Shown: in pieces, positions 12,520 through 24,608 of the stretch | Layout: every line of letters begins with the position of its first letter | Numbering within the stretch: the stretch's first letter is position 1 | DNA from: Hyaloraphidium curvatum SAG 235-1 | Lineage: Eukaryota > Fungi > Monoblepharomycota | Assembly (NCBI GenBank): GCA_025558095.1 | Contig: JAIVFI010000011.1 | Location: 248,001-312,000 of the forward strand | DNA: 64,000 nt | Direction of reading: 5' to 3' | Notes under the pieces: generated by a model | Databases searched by the model: none | Told to the model about the DNA's origin: nothing | What the model saw: the letters and a program-made list of their open reading frames with translations, nothing else | Program-made: the position numbers and the translations under genes

Positions 12520-13656
12520 TCAAGTTGTCCGGCGCAACGCCTCGTCGTACAGCTCTGCCTTGGTCACCCTGCCCCGCTCCACAACCCACTCCCGCAAATC
12601 GTCCACGGCCCGGCGATCGAGGTACAGGAACCTGCCCTCCTGGTCCACGACCCCAAACGCCCCGTCACGGGTGAGCTGCTGCTCAATCCGACGAAGGAGC
12701 TGCGTCAGGTCCTCGTTCTCCAGGAAGGGAAACCGCGCGCGAAGGTCCGCAGGCCAGGTCGTGCCGTTGCGCTGCTCGAGGTCAGAGGACAGAGGGCGGA
12801 GCACATTCAACAGACCAACCATCAGAAAAGCGACAATCTCCGGCTCCGCCCGGGCCATGGTCTCGCGCCTGTCCTCCGCGGCCTTTCGTTCCGCCTCCTT
12901 CCGCGCGGCCTCTGCTTCCTCGCGCTTCTTGCGCTCCTCCTTTTTCCGCCGGTCAATCTCCTCTTCCCTCGCCTTCCGCTGAGCGGCGCGCTCCTTTGCG
13001 GCTTCCAGTTCCTCCTCGAGTTCCTCCTTGTCCGGCAGCGCCTGCCTCTGCTCAAACACGACCCATTCTCGGTAGCTCTTCATCTCCTGCTTCCGCTTCA
13101 GACGCGCTGCCTTTTTCTTGCCGATCCTCTTTGGCAGCGCCGGGTCGTTGGAAGAACCCTCACCGGGGTCGTCGTCGTCGTCAGAAGATGACGCGGCATT
13201 GCCCGAGTCCGCTGCCGCGCCGCCAGGGGCGTAGGTGCCCTCGGAGGAACTGGACGCGTCCGGCACGGCGCGATGTCGAAGCCCAAAGTCCGCATTGGGT
13301 TCCCGGGAGCCATCAGAGGGGCCTGCCGCAGAATCTTCGGCGAAAGTCGGCGCGGCCTCGGTGGAGAGGACCGGCTCGCGTTCGACCAAGGGCTCTGGAG
13401 CAGCCTCTACCGGCGGCGGCGGCGTGGGAATCCGTTCATGCTCCAACTGTTCGAGCTCCTCCCGGCGGCGGCGCTCTTCTCGCCTCCGCCTCCGCTGTTG
13501 GAGGCGATAGCTGTACGCGAGCACTATCCCGAGCAGCCCGAGGACGATCACGAGCGGAAGAAACGCCAGAATCTTGCTCGTCAAAGCTCTCGGCACGAGC
13601 GCCGCGGCATCGTCACCCGAAGGCGGCGGCCGCCTCGCGTTCTGCCTCCGCGACAT
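12520..13656 (-). CDS. DDRGK domain protein (UFBP1/DDRGK1-like)
   Basis: N-terminal TM helix, KRIGKKKAARLKRK, an E/K-rich coil, and C-terminal winged-helix-like GVVDQEGRFLYL...WVVERGRVTKAEL, which matches GVIDDRGKFIYI...GRVS. Confidence 0.75.
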   Translation of the reverse strand: MSRRQNARRPPPSGDDAAALVPRALTSKILAFLPLVIVLGLLGIVLAYSYRLQQRRRRREERRRREELEQLEHERIPTPPPPVEAAPEPLVEREPVLSTEAAPTFAEDSAAGPSDGSREPNADFGLRHRAVPDASSSSEGTYAPGGAAADSGNAASSSDDDDDPGEGSSNDPALPKRIGKKKAARLKRKQEMKSYREWVVFEQRQALPDKEELEEELEAAKERAAQRKAREEEIDRRKKEERKKREEAEAARKEAERKAAEDRRETMARAEPEIVAFLMVGLLNVLRPLSSDLEQRNGTTWPADLRARFPFLENEDLTQLLRRIEQQLTRDGAFGVVDQEGRFLYLDRRAVDDLREWVVERGRVTKAELYDEALRRTT

Positions 13657-14014
13657 CGCGACTTCAATTGGGCAAAAGGGCTTGCGCAGAAGCACGGGCT
13701 GGGCCTTTCTGCGGTGTCTCCCCTTGCGGAGCGGCCGACGGGAGGCGACGGCGACTTGGAAATTTGTGTCTCTAATTTGTCTGCGCGCGAATCCGGGGCG
13801 CGGCGCGGGAGGAGGCCGTGCTCGGAGTTCGCGGGCAGTGAACGAGCTGAGCTGAGGGCCCCGCATGCGTCACATCGCCTAGCGCAGAGGGCCCCGAGCG
13901 GAGTTCGCTGTCTTCGACGCGCGCAGTCCGCATTCGGCGGGGAACGGGCCGTCGGCGGCCGCTCGGAACCGGCGGGGCGCGTGCCGCCGAGGACCCCGAA
14001 CGCCGGGGCACGCG

Positions 14015-15472
14015 ATGGTCTTCTTCAAAATCGGCCCGGACAGGCACAGCCTCGTGCCCTACGTGCCGAATCGGGACGACGCTCCGTGCCCGGTCGATTC
14101 GCCGAACTTCACCGGGCAGGTGCTCGTGCGCGTCGCGCGCTACACCTCCAAGGTCGCCCCGGGGCCGCATCACTCCCCATACTTCGCCAAGCGGCAGCGC
14201 AAGTACAGCATAACGTTCACGGGCCGGTTCAAGCCCACGAAACCGACCAATTTCGGCTCGTCGGACCCGCGCTGGACGTCGAACGATGTGTACTGCTGGA
14301 TCGAGATGGAGCGGCCACTGCGGCTTCCGCCCCGCATCATTACCTCCGGAGGCCTTGCCTTCATCCACTTCTTTGACCCGCTCTTTATCACCGACGTGGG
14401 CTTCTGGGCGGTTTTTGGACTCGGCTTGCCGCTAACCTCGCTCCGCACGTCACAGGGCATCTTCAAGCAGGAGCCGTACGCGGGCACTCCTGTCTTTGCA
14501 ACATTCAACCTCATCAGGCTCGATTCGGCTCCTCAGGAGGTGGCGCGGCCGGAAACCTCTGGAGACCTGGACGCCGGCAGCTTGGATGGATCGTTGAAGA
14601 CCACCTCTCCCGTGCCGAGCGAATCTGACGTCTCAGTGGACGAGGTCGAGGCCGAAAAGAGCCGCCAGCTTTCGGAGCAGGCGCTACATGCCGCTGCAGA
14701 CGAGATTGGCGTCAGCACGGAGCAGCTGGTGACCCTGGGCAAGAAGTACAATGACGAAGAGGAGAAAATTGGACTCCAATCGCCGATCATCGACCCGCTG
14801 GGACGGAAACAGGGCGTCTCCACGCCTCAGCTTCTGGAGCTGCCCCCTCCCGCTGCGCCTGCTTCCCCCTTGCCCACCTTCGTCACCTACGAGGACTCGC
14901 CGCCGTCGATGAAGCCGCTGCGCGATGTCTCTAGAGATCCCTCCCCTAGGACTGAAATTCTGGCTCCCAAGCCCGTCCATCGACCGGGACTGGCCACGCC
15001 TCAGAACGGTGCAGCCGACAAGCGCACCCCCTCGGCTCCCAGCGCACCGCCGCGCCCCCCGTCGCCCACACGGACCTTGGCGCTGCCGCCGTGGCCTTAC
15101 TCCGCCGCGCTTTTCGACGTCGCGGAGGACTTGAAGGGCACGATACCCGCTACCATCGACACCGTGAAGAAGCGGCGAAAGTACTTTTCGAACGAGGCCA
15201 CCCGCCGCGCATACCCGTTGGATCCCGACACGGTGTACACTTTCGAGTGGGTTATCCGCGCTTTGGAAGTGATCCGCCGCTGACGCTTTGCTTTTTCCCT
15301 AAACAGAATGTTCGATCAGTACATCGATTTCAACCGGATGACGATCCACGTCGGATTCGAAGTTGGCGGGCGTTCCCTGTTCGGCGAGCACAACAAGATC
15401 AGGATCACGTTCGCCGACTTTTCGCGGCGGCACGTGTTCTTCTGCATCTACTGCGACCCGGAGGACTTTTGA
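14015..15472 (+). CDS. DUF1769-like protein
   Basis: VDSPNFTGQVLVRV...YFAKRQRKYSITFTGRFK at the N-terminus and KKRRKYFSNEATR...YTFE near the C-terminus; spliced. Confidence 0.75.
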
Positions 15473-15974
15473 CGAGGCCGCGCGCGGGGCGGTGGGCTTG
15501 CGAGGCGTTGGGCTTGCGAGGCGTTAGGCTTTCGAGGCGGTATTGCCTGTGTACAGAGGCTCTTTCTCGGCAGGAAAAGGTAGTGGATGTAATGTAGGAG
15601 GAAAGAGGAGTCAACTCGAATCTCTGGTCGGAGAGAAAGGATGGTTGGGCGATTAGCACGACCCCGTTCTGTGGACGACTTGATGGGTCCCGGCGTCCCG
15701 AATCAGTTCACACCAACTTCGGTCTCCGTCGCGCGTCGGCCAACCGGGTCCATGCCCGGCGTGCGGACGCGGCGGCAAGATGCTAGGGAATGAGCAAGAC
15801 AGTGCCCTTTCGGAGGAGCAGCTGGCCCGCATCGGTGGGAACACGTCGCGACGGTTGGCGGATTCGGGCACTCGCTCACCCCGAACCTGCCCCTCAGAGG
15901 AGAAACGACGCGTGGCGGAGGAGCGTCTGAAGGCCAAGCGCGGGCCCGCGACGCAGCAGAGCCCGAACGGCGCC

Positions 15975-18900
15975 ATGCCGCCAGCTTCCGGCAGCGAACC
16001 GTCGGCGACCCCGGCCGCCAAGACGGCAGCCACGCCAAAGTCGGGCGGGATGACCAGCGGACTCGTGCAGAAGGCGATTACGAGCTTCTTCAAGACACCT
16101 GCGCCCGGCGCGGTGGCTTCATCGAGCCCGGACAGGCCAAAGTCGGGCAAGAAGACCCAGGCCAAGCTGACGGACAGCTCTTGGGGAGGCCCGCCGTCCT
16201 CGGCTATCAAGCCGAAGGCGGGGCCGAGCGGGGTCAGACCGATGGAGACGAGACCGTCGGCACCGTCGAGCTCCACGGTTCCTCTCTCGGACGACCGCGA
16301 GGTCATGGTCCTCGACGACGAGGTCCCCGAGCCCCGCACGGAACTTCGACCTGCTGCGGCACCGGCATCGCAGGCTCTGGATGACGACGAGGAGGACGAC
16401 ATTGGATTCAGCGCCAAGAAGGTAAAGGCTTCGCCCTTTGCGTCCACTTCGCTCTCTGAACGGTTCAATGGGTTATCAGAGGCGCTTGAAGAGAGCGGTC
16501 ATCGAGTCGAGCGAGGACGAGACGGACCTGAGCATTCGGCGCAATGACGACGTCACGCCGCCCAGCAAAAGAAGCCGGCCGTCCAAGGGTGCGGACGACG
16601 ACAATTATGCGGATGGTTCGGCCGGTTCCGACGCCGAAGAACCCCTGCGCAAGGCCCAGCGGCCAAAGGATACGACCGCTGCCAAGCTGGACCAGTTCCG
16701 GGCTCCGCTCAAGTCGACTCCTGCGTCAGCTTCCCGTCCCGCGCAGACCCCGACGGCGCCGCGGCCGAAGCCCCAACCTACCCCGACAACGGACAAGGGG
16801 AAGGGCAAGGCCAAGGATGGGGACGAGCAACGCTATCCCTGGCTCGCCACTCTTCGAGACGCGCAGCAGCGGCCCGAGAGCGACCCCGACTACGACCCGC
16901 GGACCCTGTACATTCCTGCTGCGGCCTTCAACCGCCTCACTGACTTTGAGAAGCAGTACTGGGAGATAAAGGCCAAGCACGTGGGTTGATTTTGTCTCGC
17001 TTCGATCGTTGCGCTAACTCCGTTTGAACAGTGGGACACCGTGGTCTTCTTCAAGAAGGGCAAGTTCTACGAGCTGTACGAGAAGGATGCGTACATCGGC
17101 CACCAGGAGCTGGATCTAAAGCTCACGGAACGCGTCAACATGGCGATGGCGGGCGTGCCTGAGGCGTCCGTGGACGATTGGGCCGCGAAGCTGCTCGCCA
17201 AGGGTTACCGCGTGGCGAAGGTCGATCAGATGGAAACCAAGGTCGGGAAGCGGATCGAGGACAAGAAGAACGGCGGCAAGAAGGTTTGTTTGCGCATCAG
17301 CAGCACCGATCGACGACTCACGCTCTCTCGCCGAAGGACAAGATCATCAAGCGGGGCCTGTCGTACATTCTCACCAACGGAACCCTCAGCGACCCGTCCC
17401 TCATCGCCGGCGACATGTCTACCTATTGCATGTCGATCAAGGAGGACGTCACGGGTTCCGACGGCGAGCTGAACCCCAAGATCGCCGTCTGCTTCGTCGA
17501 CGCCGCGACCGGCGAGTTCAACTTCGCCAGCCTGCACGACGACGAGAATCGGACGCAGTTCGAGACGCTGATCCTGCAGCTGCGCCCGCGGGAGATCGTC
17601 TTCGAGAAGGTGAGCGCTGGCCAGCACAGTTCGTTGTGGTCTTCTGACGTCAGCTCCGTTCAGTCCAACCTTTCCCCGAGAACCATGCGGATCCTCAAAA
17701 TCCATCTTCCCTCCGCCGACTTCCAGGGGCTTATTTCCGACCGCGAGTTCTGGAGCGCCGAGACGACGCTCCACGAGATCCGAGGCCGCAAGTACCTGTC
17801 TTCAACCGTCTCTGCCGACCAGGACGAAGACGATTTTGACGGGACCGCGCTCGATGAGGGATACGACGACTCGGACTGGCCCGAAGTGGTCAAGGGCGCA
17901 TGCGCCGACCCGCTGCTCTTGTCGGCTTTCGGAGGCCTCATCTGGTACCTTCGCTCCCTCAAGCTCGAGCGGCAGCTGCTTTCGCAAAAGAACTTCGCGA
18001 TGTACGATCCCCTGCGACGGGTCGGCACCCTTATGCTGGATTCGCAGACGCTCATCAACTTGGACGTTCTTTCCAACTCGTTCGATGGATCCGACAAGGG
18101 CACCCTCTTCTCGACCCTCAACTTTTGCCAGACGCCTTTCGGCAAACGATTGTTGAAGAAATGGCTCTGCCATCCGCTCCGGAATCCGGACGACATCAAC
18201 AGCCGCCTGGACGCCGTCGAAGACATCGTCGGAATCGACGGCCTGCTGAACGGGATGGAGCAGCAGTTCCGCCAACTGCCGGACATTGAGCGGACCATCA
18301 GTCGCGTGCACGCCGGAACGTGCAAGCCCAAGGACTTTGTCAACCTTCTGCAATCCCTGGAGGAGGTGTACACGTTCTTCGAGGACATGCGTTCCAAGGC
18401 GGACTCGTTTGCTTCGAAGCGGATGCGGGCGGTCGTCATGGACACCTTTACGGACGCCCTCAAGGCAAAGCTGGACGAAACGAGCGAGTCTTTCGAGCTT
18501 TCCACTGACGACGGTGGGGGTGAGTTTGCTCTGTGCATCTCGTCTTTGCTTTTGTGGTCTGATTTCCGCTCAAGCGGGCGAAATCGTGGCCAAGAGGGAA
18601 TTCGACGCTCATTTTGCGGAGTGCTTGGACCGCGTCGAGGAGATCCGAAAGGAGATGAACGACTACCTCGCGGAGCAGAGGAGGTCTCTCAAGTGCAACA
18701 TCTCGTTCAAGGACATCGGCAACGAGAAGTTCCAGATGGAGGTCCCGAAGAATGTCAAAGCTCCGGCCAACTGGGATCTCAGGTCGAAGACCCAGGTGAG
18801 ACCAAACCGCGCCCGCGGAAGCTTTCGGAATCTGAACACCCTTTCGTGAGCAGCAAGTAAACCGGTACTGGACCAGGCCGCTCCAGAACATGATCGAGCG

Positions 18901-20054
18901 CCTCGAGGACGCTGAAGAGTTTCTGCAGCAGGCCCGGCAGACGGCCAAGCTCCGGCTGTACGAGAAGTTCGACGAGTCGTACCAAGACTACGCCCGCGTG
19001 GTCAAGAGCATCGCGGAGCTGGATTGCTACCTCAGCCTGGCCAAGGCCCGCCTTTGCTTCAATGCGCCTGTGTGCCGGCCCGAGTTTGTGCTGGACCAGG
19101 GGCCTGTCTTCGAGGTCCGGGATCTGCGGCACCCGCAGTTCGCGTCGACCACCGCGGGGCAGGACTTCATCCCGAACGACACCGCCCTGGGTGGCTCCAA
19201 CGGGAACATCATCCTGCTGACGGGCGCCAACATGGCCGGCAAATCGACCCTTCTGCGGCAGATCGGGCTTTGCGTCATCCTTGCGCAGCTTGGCAGCTAC
19301 ATCCCCGCCTCGTCGTGCCGCCTCAGCCCGTGCGACCGGATCTTCACCAGGATCGGGGCGAACGTGAGATGTGGACCCATGTGCTTGGAGGGCTGCGCTA
19401 ACTGGCGACCACCTGCAGGACAACATCATCGCCGGCCTGTCGACCTTCATGGTGGAGCTGAAGGAGACATCCCGAATCCTGAACGAAGCAACTCCGTCTT
19501 CGTTGGTCATTCTCGATGAGTTGGGTCGCGGGACCAGCACGCACGATGGATACGTGGGTGCAGTTGCGCTCCCTCACGCGGCGCCATCTCACCTCGTCGT
19601 TGTGTAGGCGATCGCGCTTTCTGTCCTGCACGATCTCATCTCGAGGATCGGCTGCCTCGGACTCTTCACCACGCACCACTCGATGCTGACGAGCGAGTTC
19701 GCCAAGAGCCCGCTGGTCCGCCGCTGCTACATGTCGTACATCAGCGACGACGACGCGCGGACCGTCTCGTTCCTCTACAAGATGGTCGACGGCGTGACGC
19801 AAAAGTCCTACGGCATGAACGTGGCCTCCATGGCCGGCATACCCCCCGAGATCGTGGACGTCGCGGACACGGTGGCCCGAGAATTCGAGACCGAGCAGCG
19901 CGAACGGCACGGGCGGGCGACGCAGGAGCGCTCCTCGCTGCCCCTGACGGCGCTGGCCGACTTTGCTGCCCTCTTCAGGCGCGACAATGCACCAAGGAAA
20001 CCGGCCTTGGACGTGGCGCTTCGCTGGGCGAACGTCAATGGTGCTTTGGCTTGA
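15975..20054 (+). CDS. MSH6: DNA mismatch repair protein MSH6, multi-exon
   Basis: PIP-box [46 protein letters not shown], Walker [10 protein letters not shown], and DELGRGTST. Confidence 0.95.
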
Positions 20055-20172
20055 TCTGGTCCTCTCTCATGCAAGATACCACTCGTCGATTCCCCATGTC
20101 AAAGAGCTGTACACACTGCTACCCTACCATACCATACCCAGAACCTTAGTGTACAAATCAATGATATCGTCC

Positions 20173-23100
20173 TCACTTGGCGGTGCTGCGCTGACGTTCG
20201 TGTGCGTCCCAGTTGACAGCCAAACCCGTCTCGGTCTGCTGCTGCGAAGGGGCCCCGAGCAGGTTCTGCAGGTCCGCGAGCGACTTTTCCAGCCTCTGCG
20301 CCGCGGTCTCGCTCTCGGGCGGGAGTCTCTGCTGCACGTCCGCGGCCATCGATGCGCCGTTGGGGCCGACCAGTTGGGTGAGCGTCCTCGCCCCGAGCAT
20401 GTCCATCACCTCGCGCGGTATCACCGCGGGGCCCGCGTCCCCGGAAGGCGCATCCGGCACCCCGGAAGCGTAGTGCTGGACCGCCGCCGGTGGTGGTGCA
20501 GACGAGAATGAGTTGCTGCTGGCGACGGCCGATCCGGAAGATGTGACGGCCCGCTTGGAAGTCTTTTTCGGGAGTGGCTGCCTCGCGGGCGTATCCTCGG
20601 GCAGCCGCATGTTCGCGAGGGTCTGCTCGCCGAGGCCGGCGAACGCTGCCTGCGGGACGGCGGCGGAAGGCTGCCTCATGTGCTGCTCGTTGCCGACGGG
20701 GATCGCCGAGGGGGTCGGCGAACGCACGTGGTCCTTGCCGCCCGTCGACAGGTACTGGCTGCCCGACGCACCGACGGGGCCGACGGCAGGCGACGTCGAG
20801 TGTGTAGAAATTGCACCGGATGCGTTCCTGCTGCGCTCCTGCTGCGGCATGGCCCACGGATCCTTGAGCTGCGACGGCGAGCGCTTGTGGCCCTGGCCTG
20901 CCGAGGCCGGAGAAAGCATTGGCGAGCCGTTGGTGGTCGGCAACGCCACCGTCATCGGCGGCAGCGGGCTCGTCACCATCCTCGAGCGCTGCTGCGCGCC
21001 CTGCGTCGGCTGCAGGTACTCGGATCGCTGGCGCCCGTGGTCCTTCACGGGATCGAGGTACGGGCTCGCCTGCTTGGCCGGCGGTTGCGCCGAAGGCGAC
21101 CTCGCATGATCCTTGGTTCCTGGCGGTTGCACCGAAGGCGACCCCATGTGATCCCTCGCCGCATGCGAATCCACGGCCGGCACGAGGTTCGCCAGCGTCT
21201 CCGCCCCGAGCCCCTGGAGGGCCCCATGCGGCAGCTCGTCCGCCAGCCGCGGGTCGAAGATGTGGTCGTCCGATTCGGCGCGCGACACGTCGCCCCCGGG
21301 CATGAGCATGCCCGCCAACGTCGCCTCCCCGAGCCCGGCGAGAGCGTTGACGGGCAGGCTCGGCGGCGTGGGCTCCCGTCCCCTGGCCCCCGCGCCGGCG
21401 GGACCGAGAAGCCCGGCCAGCGTCGCATCCCCGAGCCCGGCGAGCACGCCCTTGGGCAGATCCTCCGCATGCTCCCCGATCTCGCCGCTGCGCACGGGTG
21501 CAACCATTCCCGCCAGCGTCGCGGCCCCAAGGCCGTCGAGCGCACCCGCAGGAAGCTGCGACGGCCTGGCGGCCTCCTGGTGCGCCTGCCCCACCGTGGG
21601 CGCCACCAACCCCGCCAGCGTCGCCGCCCCCAGCCCCTCCAGCGCGCCCGTAGGGAGCTGCGCCTGCGACGCCTTGGCACCCTCGTGCACCTGGCTGCCC
21701 GTCGGCGCCAGCATCCCCGCCAGCGTGGCGTCGCCCAGCCCCGCGAGCGCGCCGCCGGGAGGCCCGCCCGCCGGCGGCGCAACCTCGGCCATCTCCTGCT
21801 TCGCCGGCACCGCGGCCGCGGCCGCGGCGCCGCCCTCGGGCCCGTGCGGCCTGTCCCCCCTGGACCCCATCGATCCCACCGAATCCTCGTCCGAGTGCCA
21901 GACGAAGCCCTCCTCGTCCGGCTCCGGCTTCTTGGCGGGGGTCGGCTTGCGCCGCACCGCGAGCGCAATCCCCGCCCCGATCAGGCCCGCAGCCGCCACG
22001 CCGCCGACGGCGATCCCGATGATCGCGCCGGTGCTCAGCCCCCCCGACGGCTGCGGCGCGGGGGTCGGCTCGGTGCCCGTCGGTGTGGGAACGGTGCCCG
22101 TTGCGGTAGGCGACATGGCAAGACGGAAGGGGTACTCGGTCCGGCCGTCCTGGGAAAGGAGGGTATCGGGCATGCCGACCTCGAAGTCCGCGCGGCGTGC
22201 CAGGCGCGCGACCGCGGTGCGGTACGCCCGCACGAGGCGTCGTCGGCGGCCGCCGGGGGTGACGCCCTCGTAGACGGCCATGAAGCGGGCGTAGAAGGTG
22301 AAGCCCAGGTTGTCCGAGGTTTCGCGGGTGGTGACGAAGTAGCCCTCGAGGGAGGGGCCCATGTTGGGCGTCAGCGCGATCCGCAGCGTCGCATTGTCCA
22401 GCTTCCTGACGTTGAGGCCCGTCGCGGTGCCCAGCCGGCGGAGGTAGTTGGGCGTGCCGAAGCCGTCGTTGCCCTTGCCCAGGGTTTCGTTGAAGCCCGG
22501 CGTCGCCGGGTCGCGGGTTTCGTTGACGCTGCCGAGCTTGGCCACGGTCAGCTCCACGAGCTTGAGGTCGTGCACGTCCACGATGGTCGACGTCGCATTG
22601 GCGACAAACAACACCTCGTCGCCGAAGAAGTACGTGTCCCTGTCGTCGCCCGGCAGCGCCCCGGGCCCGCCGGCCGACTTCATCTCCACCGAGAGCGTGC
22701 CCGTGGCCTCTGCCAGCGCGCCGAACTCGCACACATTGATCCCCGCGCCGCCATCGGTCCCCGCCGTCTGGATGCTGGTGCCGGCCTGCTGGATCGCGCT
22801 CCGGCAATCGGACACGGCGAAGCCCTGCTCGGGCCTGCCGGCCTGCGGGAGGAAGCACTCGCTGCGGAATTCCCAGGCGTAGACGCCGCCGATGTCCGCC
22901 ACGGCACCCGGCCCGGCACACACGCTCGCGGGGAGGGTGAAAACGGCGCGGCCAGACTGCCAGCACTGCGTGTCGGTCGTGTTGACAGGCAGGCCCGAGG
23001 CGTTGTTGGCGGGGGGGTTGGCCATGCACGCGGCGGGCACTGTGAAGACGGGGTCGAGCGCGGTGACCTTGGGGAGGTCGCGCATGGCGGTGGTGTTGGG

Positions 23101-23987
23101 CGCGGCGACGGAGGTGAAGACCAGGTTGAAGGGCCAGCGGGTGTAGACCTGGTAGTCGAGGGCGACGGTGATGGTGGCGTCCTGCTGGAAGGCGACGTTG
23201 AAGCCCGTCACGCGCAGGTTGCGGATGCCCGACTCCGCGGCCAGCGAGGTGTTGGTGGAGATGTTGACCTCGCGGGGCAGGTTGTAGACCACGGGGTACG
23301 AAACGGACGAGTTGCGCGGCCGCCCGTCGAAGTAGTCCGTCCACGCCACGTAGATTGTGTTGACGTAGGTGTCGTAGTTTGCGGAGCTGTTTGAGATGCG
23401 CCAGCCGCAGCCGGCGACCTCCTGCCACGAGCCGAACAGCGAGTCCGCGACCGGCATGGCGGGGCTGCCCGGTGCGCCCGAGCCGCAGGCGGTGAGGTTG
23501 ACGGCGCGCGCACGGGTGGAGCACAGCGTGGCGTTTGCCGCGGCGCCTGGGGTGGTCGAGTTGCCCACCCGGATCGTCAGCGTTCTAAGGAGGGGCGGCA
23601 ATGGGAATTAGTGGAACTGGGACACGCCAGCCGAAGAGCCCACCGGTTAAAGACGAACGGCGTAGCGGCCTGCACCATCACGGCCGCCTTGACCAGGTTG
23701 CCCGAGTTCGGGTCGCGGTACGAGTCGGCGAGGGCCACGCGGGGCGTGCTGCCCGCCGAGCCGGGCGCGACCCACGGGCACTCGCACGGCCGCTCCGTCA
23801 GCGCGGCGCCCGGCGCGGCAACCGCCGGCGGCAGCTGAGACGCGCACGCCGGCGGCTGCGCGGCCGCGGGGGAGACGCAGAGGGCGAGCGCCGCCAGCGC
23901 GGACAGCACGGCGACCGCCGCTCCCGCCAGGCGCCGCCGCCGCCGGCCCGACCCGCCCGTGTACGTATCAAGTCCGAGGGTCCGCAT
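20173..23987 (-). CDS. Type I membrane protein with Cys/Thr-rich ectodomain and repeat-containing cytoplasmic tail
   Basis: Signal-like hydrophobic stretch in exon 1 and a 1142-aa second exon. TM AIIGIAVGGVAAAGLIGAGIALAV is followed by RRK, then about eight G(A)LxGLGxxTLA repeats. Confidence 0.75.
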
Positions 23988-24608
23988 CGCTAGGCACAAG
24001 TCCGGAACGGCGCCGGCCCGCGATGGGTGGAGAAAAGAGGGAGGTTCATATGAGTGACGATTTGTCAGGACCGAGGTGGGACGCCCAGTGCCCTACCCAG
24101 CCTCCGCTCCGCCACGGGGCTTCAAAGGACCGACGCCGAGGCAAACCTCAATTCGACGGCCGGAACTGCTAGTACATCCGATCCTCTGATCGGACTTGGA
24201 TGGGATGATGGCTCCCGATGGTCTGGCAGGGAGAAAGCAGACGGCAGACCGGATGGCTTCCACGGACCAGATGCGGTCCACCAGGGTGCTGAGGTGTGAA
24301 ACATGTTTGTAACGGCAACCCCACGGCAGCTTGAAAGCCGCGGATGGTGGTCTGCTTCGCCAACTGCAATGTGATCAAGGTCCCAGGCTTTCTTCCTCCT
24401 CCACACGGCCGATCCGCCCGAATCGGACCGACGGTGCGCCGCAGCTACTGTATTTCCGATACATGCGCATCTTCAGGGCCAGGAACTGATCCATTACTGG
24501 GGAAGTGCCCGTGATCTGCGCCGATGATTGGCGACGCCACGAGGCCGCACTCACCGCGAGACAGAAAACGGTCTGTTCCACCACCCGGCTTCCCGCCCAC
24601 ACTCAGCG

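Noticed and set aside
24050-24600. Short ORFs, one with SPVMDQFLALK reminiscent of a MutS N-terminus
   Set aside because: Similarity is limited to a few residues in a probable intergenic region.
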